A DNA stretch of 64,000 bases from Lepidodermella squamata (GCA_047495785.1 JBLDXI010000016.1:1-64000), one strand, 5' to 3'. Shown: positions 1 through 11,663, counted from the first letter of the stretch. The notes: generated by a model not told the origin, from the letters alone. Made by a program: numbers and translations.

Positions 1-67
1 ACACATCTCGTGAGAGTAATCTTTTAAAAACGACATTATTGCTAATTATTTAACAAATCCTGGCTCT

Positions 68-1015
68 TTGCCACATCGGATGAAAAGTTTCAACAATCCA
101 TGGGAAACTGGCTTTATTAACAAAGTAAATTTCGGAGGTGAATATTTTGCGAATATAACCAAACTAATCGATCACTTTAATGAAAAAATATCCATCTCAA
201 GTAGTAATGGCTCTATTTTTGCTCATTATGATTCAGTCAACAAAAAAACTAAAATTACCTGTAAATGGCCATATTCTATGTTTATACCTTCAGATTCTGC
301 TGGCCTCTTAGGTTTTGTGTCTCCAATAGAACAGAATACACCGTCTGGAGTTTTCATTTTTCCCAAGGCCCCAAAAAATGACGAGCCAGAATTTAATGAA
401 GTTTCCACTTTTGATATAAAGTCAACGTATGCCTTGGCATATGCGTGGAATATGAGCCACCAAATTCGTGAAAATCCACACATTTTATTCAACTCAGTTG
501 GGATTGTTAGGCTTTCTAGCAGACCAAAACTTAAGGAGGATGCAAATAATGAGACAGCGGCGGTAGAAAATCAAGAAGGCGTAAATTCAGCACAGCACTT
601 TGATTTTTCTGAGCAAACAGTAATCACCAAAGATAATGATTTACCGCCTGCCTTTATTTATGCATGCTATGAAGAAAGTGCTACAGCTCAATACAACATT
701 CAGTTGAATTATGGCAATAACTCACTGTTCATTTACTGCTCAGTTGCAGCGGATGTTTTTGTTGGAGATTGCCAAGCTAGCCTCCTTCGAATGATAACCT
801 ATTCTACGATGGCTTCTGCTACGGCAAATTCAGACTTGTCATCACATTTTACAGTGATTTATAACTCGGGCCTATATTTACCTTTAAAAGCCAATTTTAT
901 AGATTCAATTCAAGTTCAAATCCGCCGCGATAACGGGGCATTGATCGATTTTGTGGATGGTAGCAAAGTTGTATTGCTACTTCATATTCGCCGAAAAACC
1001 GGAGCCTTATATTAA
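68..1015 (+). CDS. Polinton minor capsid protein (penton/PZ), probably 5'-incomplete
   Basis: C-terminal FIYCSVAADVFVGDCQASLLR...YLPLKANFIDSIQVQIRRDNGALIDF...VVLLLHIRR resembles Polinton minor capsid proteins, and the gene lies upstream of the core and MCP genes. An in-frame stop at 17 suggests the true start is on an upstream exon. Confidence 0.8.
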   Translation: MPHRMKSFNNPWETGFINKVNFGGEYFANITKLIDHFNEKISISSSNGSIFAHYDSVNKKTKITCKWPYSMFIPSDSAGLLGFVSPIEQNTPSGVFIFPKAPKNDEPEFNEVSTFDIKSTYALAYAWNMSHQIRENPHILFNSVGIVRLSSRPKLKEDANNETAAVENQEGVNSAQHFDFSEQTVITKDNDLPPAFIYACYEESATAQYNIQLNYGNNSLFIYCSVAADVFVGDCQASLLRMITYSTMASATANSDLSSHFTVIYNSGLYLPLKANFIDSIQVQIRRDNGALIDFVDGSKVVLLLHIRRKTGALY

Positions 1016-1053
1016 TATAAGTGGCTGAGTTCTAATTATTAATATTACCGAAG

Positions 1054-1596
1054 ATGCCCCTAGCTTATTCTAACCAAAACGTTGACAAGTACCAGCAGTT
1101 TTTTCTCCGCCAACACTCCTCCCCGCTGATAGCAGGCTATGGAGCTGGAGCGGGTGCTAACCTGGACCATTTCCGTGGGGCAACAATTCAATTTCCATAT
1201 CATTATAGGGGTCAGGGAATAGGAAATATATTAGGTGCCTTTTTCAGAAATTTCTTCCCAGTAATTGCTCCGTCTATTTTTCAACAAGCATTATCTACTG
1301 GCCAAAAAATATTAGGTGATATGCAACAACCTGAGGGCGCTAGACCTAGTTTTACCGAATCCCTTAAGCGTCATGGCACTTCAGGCGCCTTAAACATGGC
1401 TAAGGATATTGCTGAAACGGCTTTGAAGCAACATCAAGGCGGTGGAGGTGGCCGTAAAAGGCGCCGTCGTCGTGGCCCTAGTAAAACTAGTAGTGTGACT
1501 GCAAAACGTAGGCGCCGTGCTTCTACTACAAAAAGAAAGGCTTATAAAAGGAAAAGACGCGCAACAACTAAATCAGTGCTATTTGAAGCGTCTTGA
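1054..1596 (+). CDS. Basic core (pVII-like) virion protein
   Basis: FRG...YRGQGIGNILGAFFR motif, glycine-rich potential adenain sites and an Arg/Lys-rich C-terminus; located between the minor and major capsid genes. Confidence 0.75.
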   Translation: MPLAYSNQNVDKYQQFFLRQHSSPLIAGYGAGAGANLDHFRGATIQFPYHYRGQGIGNILGAFFRNFFPVIAPSIFQQALSTGQKILGDMQQPEGARPSFTESLKRHGTSGALNMAKDIAETALKQHQGGGGGRKRRRRRGPSKTSSVTAKRRRRASTTKRKAYKRKRRATTKSVLFEAS

Positions 1597-1629
1597 GCCC
1601 ATTGCTGCGTTTGATTCTTCAAATTTGTA

Positions 1630-3120
1630 ATGGAAGGCTTTGGAGATAATTTTGTTCACCCAGCCTCAGCCTCTTCAATAGTATTATCTTCAGATTTAGA
1701 TTTATTTACTGTACCGCCTTCACAGCTTGCTGAAGAAAACCAAATAAGTATAGATGTTTACCCAATTGCCCCTCTTAATAGTTCACCGAACCTGATTGAG
1801 TTTCAAATCGGCCCGTACAATGATTATTTGTGTCTGTCACGCATGCAACTGATGCTCAAGTGGAAAGTAGTTAGAACCCCTTCTGAAGCTCGGAAGAAAA
1901 ATGCTGGCGAAGCTGACGATGCATACAACGAGTATAAGGCTAGTCTTTCGGCTACAAATTTACAAAAAGCCCCGCTTTGTTTAGCCCACCACACAATGTT
2001 CAAAACATGCGAGATTTCACTAAATGGGCAACTTTTAAGTGAACAAAATTCATTATACGCTTATCGGGCCTATATTTCAACGCTTTTGTCTCATAATACT
2101 GATGCAAAAAACACGATATTACAGACACAATTTTGGTATCCTGATACAGCTAAAAAACTGGATAATTTTGACAATTCAAACGAGGGATTTAAAAAACGGT
2201 TGGAAATTGTTCAGGGCGGGAAATCTGTGTGCACCCTGGGACGCCTGTTTGCAGATCCTATGCTGTGTAATAGGCTACTTCTACCTAATGTTGAAGTCCG
2301 CATCAAGCTCTATAGGGCATCTAACAATTTTGCTTTGGTTGGGCCGAGCACAGCTGATCCTCACTCAATCGTCATTGAATCTGCAAAAATTATTGCCCGG
2401 GCTGTTGTTGTGTCGCCGGACATAGTGATTGCTCATACGCGTGCGCTGGAAAAAACTAACGCCAAATATCCTATAATGAGAGTTCGAACAAGGCTTTTTC
2501 ACATACCAAGTAGTGTTTTGAGTTACAGTGTAAGTTTGCTCATCGCGCGTTTCTAAGTCAATTTTTAAAACTCTAATGGTTTAACAGATACCACAATGTA
2601 TTAATGGTAAGCTTCCAAGGCGTATGTTTTTCTGTTTTTTTGAAGATTCCGCCCTGAATGGAACGGCGGGTAAAAATCCATTGAATGCATTACACAGCCA
2701 GCTATCCCGAATATCGATTTATTTGGGCAATGAACTACATCACTCAACAGCTCCCTTGGAAATGGATTTTGCAAATGGAGATGTCACCAGAGTCTATTTG
2801 GAGCTTCTCAATGCTATCAACCCAGATAACCCTTTCAAGGCATCTACGTTAACTATGGATCAGTTTATTAATGGCTTCACAATTTTTGGTTTCGATTTAT
2901 CGCGCAACTCCTCGTTGCAAAATTACTCAGTTATACGCACAGGTACCTGCAGAGTAGAGTTGAGTTTTGCTGTTCAAACAACAATTGTTACTCAGCTGTT
3001 AGTATTAACTGAAACTGATTCAGTTTTTGAGGTATCATCTTTTTTCATAAAATTAAAATTGCCTTAAAATTCAAATTTTTTAAGATCACACGAACGCGTG
3101 ACGTAATTGTTGATTCTTAA
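1630..3120 (+). CDS. Polinton major capsid protein (double jelly-roll, PY), 3 exons, ~459 aa
   Basis: Exons 1630-2529, 2588-3031, 3085-3120 (GT-AG introns of 58 and 53 nt) join in frame. Motifs SDLDLF.VPP, YAYRAYISTLL, GKLPRR, GFTIFGFDL and terminal EITRTRDVIVDS. Confidence 0.92.
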
Positions 3121-3130
3121 GCAGTTTTTC

Positions 3131-3694
3131 ATGTACAACAATGAATTGGAAGATTTCATCCGGATTGATCCAGTACTAAAAAAGTTTGACATTTTTGTTG
3201 TAGCCGCTGATCAGCTACCACAGCAGCTTCCTATTGTGAAAAATAATCCACAATTGATTATCTGTAACACAGGAAATGTATACAATTCTACAGGAAAGCA
3301 CTGGGTCACACTGTTTGTTCACAGCGCACAGCATCCTGATGAGCCCTGTGAGTTTTTCGATAGCCTTAACCTTTCCCCTTCCTATCATAACCTCTATATC
3401 GACAACTTTTTGAAAGCGAATAGCCAAACAGAAGTGCCGTACATTCATTGCAATAGGTCTTACCAGCATGTTTTTTCACAAATCTGCGGCTTATGGGCTC
3501 TATATTACAGCATGCTTCGAGCGCGAGGTAAAGACATGCACCAAATTTTGAGGCATTTTGATCAGCTTGGATCAAAGAACAATTTGCTTATAAAAGACTG
3601 TGTACTTTATCATAAATTTAATACATTATATTCCCACTATGGTCTATCTATGAGACCACTTGAAAGAATAAAACCCTGTAACGTTAGATTATAA
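3131..3694 (+). CDS. Adenain-like (C5) cysteine maturation protease
   Basis: NTG...GKHWV (His), EFFDS (Asp), YQ...ICGLW (Gln/Cys). ATG at 3131 just after the MCP stop. Confidence 0.92.
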   Translation: MYNNELEDFIRIDPVLKKFDIFVVAADQLPQQLPIVKNNPQLIICNTGNVYNSTGKHWVTLFVHSAQHPDEPCEFFDSLNLSPSYHNLYIDNFLKANSQTEVPYIHCNRSYQHVFSQICGLWALYYSMLRARGKDMHQILRHFDQLGSKNNLLIKDCVLYHKFNTLYSHYGLSMRPLERIKPCNVRL

Positions 3695-3697
3695 AGG

Positions 3698-4541
3698 ATG
3701 AGTGATTTGCGCTGCTGCCCTGGCAACATAAATGAAGCTTTGCCTTTTGTTCACCCTAGCACAATTCTCATTGTTGGGCCGTAAGTGACGATGGAAATAA
3801 AAGTCAATATATTTTAGTGTAATTTACTCATCTTCAGGTCGGGGAGCGGTAAAACAAGTCTGGTGCTTCAAATCCTACAGGATGCATTCAGTTTTGAACT
3901 TCCTTTTGAGAGAATTGTCTATTTTTATTCTACTTTCCAACCCATTTACAATGACATAGCCGATGCTGCATTGCAAGTTCACAAAATTAAAGTTGAATTC
4001 GTAAATTTAGCAGACACAAAAAACAGCAGTAGCGATAGCTTCAGCTTAAAAAATTATATCAACGACAATAACGAGACGCAGCCCCGCTGTTGCCTAGTAT
4101 TTGATGACGTGTATCGCCTATTAACTGAAGACGAAACACTGGTACAGCTTTTTTTAGGAGGGCGGCACTTGAATACGACAACCATTCTCCTTCAACAAGT
4201 TTTGTTTACTCGAGCAAAAAATAGCAGGGAAATTCTGGTTTGCCTCAGAAAATTATTGTTTTTTCTTCTATGTATTTTCTATTCTATAGCAAAATGCAAA
4301 CTATTTATTCTATTTTCGCTGCATTTCCGACTCTGCAAGCTTTAGATCATATGCACAACGGCGTTCCCCAATGGGCTGGCGAGGCCTTCTTGAAGCGTTG
4401 AACCAAGCAACTGCTGAATCATCTCACACGCCACTGCTACTGGATAATTGTGCAACTACTCCGGATAATCTCCGCATTCGTTCGAGCAATGGCTTCGGTA
4501 GTAAACCTGGTTACGCTTACATTTTAGTCTCAAAGAAATGA
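3698..4541 (+). CDS. A32/FtsK-like DNA packaging ATPase, 3 exons, ~244 aa
   Basis: Exons 3698-3780, 3838-4237, 4290-4541. Splicing restores Walker A GPSGSGKT. Walker B LVFDD, GRH...Q motif and SREILQNANYLFYF are present. Confidence 0.92.
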
Positions 4542-4592
4542 TGATATGTACTATTATAAAAGGATTCATTGCCGCCCAATTTTCGTCGTTAA

Positions 4593-5006
4593 ATGAATAA
4601 AGTTATTACCTCAGCAACGTCACCATCGTTCAGTCTTGATAAAAAACGGCGGCTTTTTCTTGCATTGAAATGGTTATTGCATGCTCACCCCGGTCAGCGT
4701 GCTGATATTTTAGCAACTAGCTCTGTTAGCCTTATACGATTTCTTAGCCGTTGCGCCTTGTATTGGCTTCGCAGCACTAGTACTGTTCTGGCCCCTGATT
4801 TGGCTAAATTGAAACAAAAAGGTGTCAATTTGGTCGAGCACAACCGGCAAGTTTTTATTCGACACTGCCTTAATAGCAACAAGAACAATAGGCGAAATAA
4901 GGCTTCGAAAGCTTCCTTTTTTGCAGTTTTACCCACTGTATTGAAATCCTTTGCACCCAGGCTAAAGTTTGATTATTCAGAACTCAAGAGGCTTCTTCGA
5001 ATCTAA
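4593..5006 (+). CDS. Small basic Polinton protein (possibly PW-type conserved virion protein)
   Basis: 137 aa ORF with an upstream TATAAAA (~4555), tightly packed between the ATPase and the next ORF. The pattern LKWLL...RADIL...LIRFLSRCALYWL resembles small conserved Polinton ORFs. Confidence 0.6.
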   Translation: MNKVITSATSPSFSLDKKRRLFLALKWLLHAHPGQRADILATSSVSLIRFLSRCALYWLRSTSTVLAPDLAKLKQKGVNLVEHNRQVFIRHCLNSNKNNRRNKASKASFFAVLPTVLKSFAPRLKFDYSELKRLLRI

Positions 5007-5009
5007 ACT

Positions 5010-6161
5010 ATGCAGCGAAACTATGCACAGCGCATGACTATTGTTCCACTTGCGACACCTGGGCCAACTCCAGCACAACAACAACAACAACAACCAAACG
5101 CGAGCGACTTGATTGCTGCTAAAACATTGCTGAGCAATCCTCTGCTTTTCAAACTAGTGCAGCTATTACAGTCTTTAGACCGGGATGTGATAAACAACGC
5201 TAGTAGTAGTGATAATTCAGCCGATTTAGTGCGAAAACGTAACGAACTCATGCATGAGATTATGAATTTGAAGAAGCTGGTAGTTTTACAAGGCAGTAGC
5301 CAGCCGCCAGCCGCTATTCCAATGTCGCCTGCACCAGCAGATCGAGCAGAATCGAGGCCGCGCTCTCCTCCTCCTCCTCCTCCTCCTCCTCCTCCTCCTC
5401 CTCCGCTGCCGCCGCCGCCGCTTCCTTCTGCTTCTTCTCCTCCTCCTCCTCCTCCTCCAAAAAAACAGCAGCAACAACAACTTGCGCGCCAACAACCTAC
5501 TAAATTAACATCTAGTAATTTTGGTCAAGCGGCCGGGCCTAGCTATAACAACTATAACAGAGATTCGGGTATTGGCGGCTTTCAGCAGCAGTTTTCACCT
5601 AATACAACGCCACGACCTTCAACTGATAATAGCAGCAATTATGAATTTGATGATCTTCAAATGGATTTTCTATTCGCTGCCCCGCAAACATCATCGACTT
5701 CTAGCGCTGCAGCCACGACCGTCCTCAGCCACGATGATGTTGTTGTTGATCGGCCTAATGATGAGCAGCTGCCTACGAGAGGAGGGACCCCCCGCGCGCG
5801 CACCCCCCAGGCCCCTCGAGACAGCAACACAACAGCAGGGTCGTCTTCGTTTAGCGGCGATGAGGACAGCAGCGGCAGCAATAGTGAAGAGCTGCAAGAT
5901 GGTGCTGATAATGATGATAATCAAGCAGAAAGGCAAGAAGAAGCCGCTGCCGCTGAACCGATGGAAATTGAGCTAGCTGGAGCAGCAACTGCAGCGGCAA
6001 CGCCACGGAAGGGTCAAAAGCGCGGTAGAAAGCCACGTTCTATGACTGATCAAACACAAATATCACCACCTGGAAAACTTTTCCGAAGAACGTCACAGCG
6101 TAAGATAAATAAAATCAACAAGTTTCAAGCTGGCACAGGGTTTTGGAGTTTATTCATGTAA
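5010..6161 (+). CDS. Polinton proline/glutamine-rich, largely disordered protein of unknown function
   Basis: 383 aa ORF starting 3 nt after the previous stop. Helical N-terminus, polyproline tract, acidic then basic tail; converges on the PolB stop. Confidence 0.75.
   Translation: MQRNYAQRMTIVPLATPGPTPAQQQQQQPNASDLIAAKTLLSNPLLFKLVQLLQSLDRDVINNASSSDNSADLVRKRNELMHEIMNLKKLVVLQGSSQPPAAIPMSPAPADRAESRPRSPPPPPPPPPPPPPLPPPPLPSASSPPPPPPPKKQQQQQLARQQPTKLTSSNFGQAAGPSYNNYNRDSGIGGFQQQFSPNTTPRPSTDNSSNYEFDDLQMDFLFAAPQTSSTSSAAATTVLSHDDVVVDRPNDEQLPTRGGTPRARTPQAPRDSNTTAGSSSFSGDEDSSGSNSEELQDGADNDDNQAERQEEAAAAEPMEIELAGAATAAATPRKGQKRGRKPRSMTDQTQISPPGKLFRRTSQRKINKINKFQAGTGFWSLFM
5367..5459 (+). repeat. (CCT)n microsatellite encoding polyproline
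   Basis: Runs of cctcctcct within the 5010-6161 ORF. Confidence 0.9.
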
Positions 6162-6168
6162 TAATCGA

Positions 6169-9100
6169 TCATTGATCAGCGCTATATCCATGTGGATAAG
6201 TTAGAAAGGAAGCATCGCCGGGGCGTAGCCAACGTTTATCATAGGTTAAACGAATCTTTTTTGTTATATGAACACAATGAATTTCCGATAACGGAGTATG
6301 CACTTTTTTAAACTGAGTCTGATCCAATTCAGCGATGACGCTGTTTTTGTTGTTATCACCCCGGCCCCCGCTTCCGCTGGTTTCGTTATCGTGGAGACTT
6401 TGTATTACATGCTTGATGAACAAGAAAAAATCGAGAAGACTGCGTGAATGAAAACTTTGACGTATTCCCTGCGCGTGACGTAAATAATAAAAAACAGAGG
6501 GCGTAACAACAAGTAGCAATTACCTTTAACATTAGCTTGGCTTTGCCGTCAGCAAAAAGTAGGGCATATGCCTTACAGCCCAGTACAACCATTGCAATGA
6601 TGCGTTGCCCTGTATCAAGCTGATCCGCCAAGCCGCCAAGAACGGGTGTGAACTCAATTTTAGTAATTCCAGGCCCTTGAAGGCAAAAAATTGAATCCGT
6701 GTCTAAAACAAAAGACAAAAAACGTAGAGATGTTGGTAGCATAAGCGGCGCTATTCTCTAACCGCTGTAGATAGCACTTTTTGGGCCGACTCGGTACAGC
6801 TCACGAGCCAGTTTCACACGAGCATTAGCTGTTACGAAGGCCGCTGTTATAACTGAGGTGGATCCATTTGGAACGTCGGCATCTTTGGTTGGCCGTGTTA
6901 CAATTCGCAAGCGAGAGACATCATCAGAGTTGATGAGTAAGCCTAGTGGTTGAATATCCACAATTTCCAAAGCTGGATTATTTAGCATTTGCTGAAGCAG
7001 AAACGGGGATTTGATATAATCTGTTCTCTCTAGATTAGAATTCATAGCAAATCGACCAAAAAAGCTGTTCAAAACTAATTTGGCGATCGCGCGTAACCCA
7101 GGGTTCTTTTTATCCAACTTGGTGCTATCAATCGTTATACCAATGCGTTCCCATTGCTCCAAATACTGTGCTTTTTGTTCACTAGTAGCACAGTTTGGCG
7201 GCCAGCCGGAGGATTCGGCCTTCAAAATGGTGAATCTTTTAATGAAATCTCTGAAAATTGTATTGCTCTTCTTGAACTCCCATATCTAAAAAAAATAACT
7301 TGATAGAAGCCATGCATGAGTTGGCTAAACAAAATTATTAACCTCGTAGACTTCCAGCAATCTGTAGCCATGAACATCTGTAGCGTACTTCAGTTCCACA
7401 GAGCAATACGAACCAATCCAGGACCTTTCATAATCAGAATGGGTGCATTCACGGCTTGAAACGCACAAGTTTGGATTTGCAGTCGACGAACAAGCATAGC
7501 AACATGAGAACACGAGCTTGTTTTGTTTACTACGAAAGCAGAGTACAGGTAGCCAGATGTTTTTCGGCGCTAATACCTAGCAAAATAATGTGGTGATGAT
7601 GAAAGCAGGGAGACGATATGTAGATGCGAAGAGCTTACGCGTGCTTGTACGACACCAAAAAAAGATTCCTTTGAATAAATCTCCTGCAGTTTCTCGTTGT
7701 TTAATCTGAGATCCAAGGTGGATACTTTAGGTGGTCCTATTGCATAGTAGCCATCCATCATACAGCTTGGATATAACGAGTTGAAGTCGGCGGAAATTAT
7801 AGAATAATCGGGCGATGGAAATAAGAAGTCCTTGGTTTGCATCCCGCTTTCCTTACAAATTTGAGCAATCTTTTCCAAATTTTGGTCGCCTGAAGTTGAG
7901 TGTGATTCGGCAATCATAGCCATTAAACGAAAAGCTTCGACCCGCCCTAAAAAGTAGGCATGATGTTTTAATCCCGCGAAGATTAAATAGGGAAAACCTC
8001 CAGTTACCTCCAAAGAAAAACGAACGGCTCTCCATTACATTAGCTATTGTGAGATTATCATAAATCTCCTGTGCTCTCGGGTGTTGTTTGAAACTAGCTC
8101 TAATTTCATGCTCCCAAAAGCTTTGAAGAATGTAACCATTCGAGCGAAACAACTCTTCACGTTCCAAGGTTTGCTTGTAAACTACGCCGTTTGGTTGTCC
8201 AGATAGAAAATTTAGTTGTGAGGCCTCAAAGCATTGCAAGCAGCCATGGACAGCACAACCATGAACCTCGACAATCAGATCGGGTTCACTCGGAATTTTA
8301 TCACGACGTGCAACAAAACCGTCGACGCGATAAGGATAACGGTGGCCAGGTATAGATATTCGAACTTCTTGACGTGAGTTCTGAGCGTGTTTCATTGAAC
8401 CATAAGTTTCAGGGTCAGACTCCATCAGAAATTGAAGAAAAGCTATCGAGAGCCTGCTGTGTGAATCCTTGCCACAGTAGCCAGCGGTCGGGATGACAGG
8501 TAATGTATCCTTCGTAAGAAACAGCTTGCGGAAGCATGTGCTTGTGAGAGAAGCTAGTGTGATGCATTCTTTAAAGGCATCAGTAGAACACAACTCCAGC
8601 ATTAGCGCCCGAAATTTGATTGACGCCTTTTCCAAAACTAGACAATCCTGTATGCAGTATTGCAGTAACGTGTGGCGAACACTGAACCGTTTCAGTTTGT
8701 TTTCGTTGTAGAAAGTTAGAAATTCTGCTCTTTCAGAAGGAGACATTTTGTCAGGCTCATAGTAGATCATATTAGGCAGCTGTGGGAATTCGAGATTGAA
8801 ACTCGAAGGATTACAGCGAATTCAATCACAATAGCTCAAGAAGTTGATGATGTACTTACTTTTCTTTAGTGCATAAGACGTAAGGAAAGAAGGTTTTCTT
8901 GTCTGGGATTCCCATTGTTGCTGGTAAATCCCTGTTGTTGAACAAATACCTGTAAGCAATGTAGTTTCTTAGTGTTTCTTAGGTAACCTACCTTAATCTG
9001 CATTGAAAAAAGAGATATGAATCCAAAAATCTGATTTTTTGTTGTTTGAAATCAATGCATAGTAGAGATCCCTGCCTTTGAAGAATCTTCACTTTAGAAC

Positions 9101-11024
9101 ATCGTGTTTGAATTTCTTTCAGTAATAATAAGGAATCGAAATTGGCTGAGTTGTGAGCCAAATAAATCGACTGGTAATTCATAGGTAGAAGCACCCAGTT
9201 TACGAAATCCTCCAGAGGACGACTTCCATAAAAAATATGAAGTCCACAACTAGAATGGCATCGCTGAATCCTCGCTTCGATGCAGTGAGGTATGCATACG
9301 ACCTTTGCAACGATAAGGCATACTTGGAACTCATTGTTGTTATCAGCAAGTGATGGCGAAAATGTCTCAGTGTCCCAAAAAACTAGGTTACGATAACGTT
9401 CCAGTTTATTCGCCGGTTTCAAGGGCTAAAAATACACCAACCACAGTATTTTGAAAAAAGCTGGACTGAAAAAAATGAGTATACCAAGGGAGTCATGAAG
9501 CAGAAGTGTGTGCCATTTTCTTCGTCGCTGGCTTTCAAAGGCTCCTGACAAATGTGACAGCGCCGCCCGGGACACATAGCCTCATGCTTGAGAAAATGTA
9601 CAAATTTCCTCCCGCATTTAAAGCATGGATTCTTTTTAGCACATTTGTGGTTTTGCTTACAACGTTCGCTATACAAAACTAAAAACATAAAAAGAGCTGA
9701 ATAATAATGAAAAGGTTAAAAACATCAGACCTGCACGACATTGCGGACACCGCGTGTAGTTTTGTTGGTCTGTGTTGGAAATCACACGGCAAATGCTCCC
9801 TGATACACCTAAAATAATATTAATGATAAAAGAAGTGAAATTCAGGTTTTTCATGTAAAAATTACGGCAGGAAGAGCATGCCAACTTGCATCTGTGCACA
9901 GCCGTACTCGTTTTCGTCTGAAAGCAAGTGGGGCATATTCGTTGTGCATTGCTAAGAGTGGCCTTCATAAAGTTGAGATTCGCAATGACATGAAAATGAT
10001 GACTGTTGGGCTGAGAGACGTCGTTGCGATAAACCAGTAGAACAACAGGAAGCAACCCAAGGCTTACGCGATGATCAAATTCTGGGATTTCCCTAATAAC
10101 ATCCTGTGATTCGTACGAGTATACTACGAATCTGTAAGTATTATGTTCAGGATCGATAGCCGAACACAGGGCTGAGTAATGATCATCTAGATTGTAGGCT
10201 GGAAGGTTGAGAGGTAAGCCCGCTTTCTGATATAGCGCCGTGGCTTCGCGAAATTGACGATTGGTTCGCGTACTACGTATCGATTTGAAGGTTGCTTGAA
10301 GAGATGGATCCGTAGGATTCGCCTTCATGTGAGCCAAAGCCACTCCAGTGATGAGAGCTCTGCCCATGCAAAGATTGTTCGTTTCATTCTTGCGCGCTCC
10401 GATTCTAACGATCGATTTGGAGCGAAGAAAAAATTTGTCCAAAGTTTCGTTTATAGCCCGCTCTGCCCGAGAACCACCAACAATTTGACCTAGATCTGCA
10501 TTGGGGTTATCAATGACACAGAGACGAATTGTCCACCGACCAGCAAATGAGAGTTCTTCATTACTCTGTAATATTTTTCTCAGTTGATCAAAAATTGAAA
10601 TTTCCAGCAACCGATCGCGTTTCATGAAGGGTAGGCTAAGAGGCATCTTCAAGTCGGGGTGGTACAGTGTTAGCCGGCAGAAGGAATTCACAGGTAAATC
10701 ACGATGGATATTTACAACAATATCGAACAGGAAGTTGGCCAGAATATTGAAGCGGGTCTCCAAATCAATATTAGCCACCTGGTCGGCTGGTACGTTCTGC
10801 ACAAATGATCGAATATTATCCAGTCGAGGTTCATCAGCGCCACCAGACAATTGAATCATCGGCCCAAGCGAACTAGAAGATTGGCCATATCTGTTGATGT
10901 AGGTTGAGGCAAAGTCGGATGTTACGGGCTGAATGAAGTACTCCACAGAAAACATTTTGAATTTTGTAGAATGAATCAGGCGATTACTTCGAATAAATGA
11001 GTATTGTAAACTATAGTTATCCAT
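6169..11024 (-). CDS. Protein-primed family B DNA polymerase (pPolB), 11 exons, ~1424 aa
   Basis: Introns at 9809-9865, 9679-9730, 9426-9484, 8932-8991, 8802-8859, 7947-8007, 7577-7638, 7286-7342, 6703-6762 and 6469-6523 (581 nt) leave 4275 nt in one frame. Motifs: ExoI FWDTET, ExoII AHNSANFD, ExoIII YCIQD, FFGGRVE, A DFNSLYP, B KLVLNSFFGRF, C YSDTDS, KGIR, terminal YDKR...TYPHGY. Confidence 0.95.
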
Positions 11025-11141
11025 AACAATCTAAGATTAAAAATTTAAAATTGATCGAATTTGGGAAGAGGTAAAACTTTATTACAAGGATAGATTGAAA
11101 TAAATATTCAGTAAGTCATTTTAGTCAAGTTTTGTGTTAGC

Positions 11142-11663
11142 TTATTCATTGGCTGTTTCAATCATCGCTGCAACAGTTAACACCCCAGTTGCAAGGTCTT
11201 GAAACTGAGCTGCATCAAGAGAGACTCCTTGTCTTGAGGGTTGTTTATTTCCTAAAAAGTTAAATCATAAAAAGATTGCTATTACTGTAAATTTGAAGTA
11301 AATACCTTTAGCATCCAGATAAAACCTGCGTATATCTATAAGAATCGGTGAAAATGATGGCACAAAGACACAGACTTCAATTTTGCATTCATGCATCGAA
11401 AATTTAAAGCCTGTGTTGTGAGATAGCAGGGCAAGTTGAGCCTGAGCAACCCAAGCATCATTCGGCGGTCGAAAATAAGGAACGAACTGGCTAAGAAATT
11501 CGTCTTGTCTAAAGGCGAGTTTTTTAGGCTTATCGTTCTTATCTTTGCGATCAGTCATTATGTAGATGAGATTAGAATCCTGAGGATGCTGTTGAATGAC
11601 CAAGTTACTAGACATGTGATGATTGACTGTCTGGTTAGCAGATTCTACTATCGCCTCAGCCAT
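11142..11663 (-). CDS. PC4-like ssDNA-binding/coactivator-fold protein, 2 exons, ~155 aa
   Basis: Removing intron 11252-11305 gives LIDIRRFYLDAKGNKQPSRQGVSLDAAQFQDL, matching the PC4 consensus (DIR.fY...G...P.kkGisL...Q). Confidence 0.85.

Noticed and set aside
5286-5495. Arg-rich protamine-like ORF on the minus strand
   Set aside because: Antisense shadow of the (CCT)n polyproline tract.
1630-11024. Reading the fragmented MCP, ATPase and PolB ORFs as a decayed pseudogenised element or as programmed frameshifts
   Set aside because: Each break coincides with a 52-62 nt GT-AG interval whose removal restores the frame and conserved motifs.
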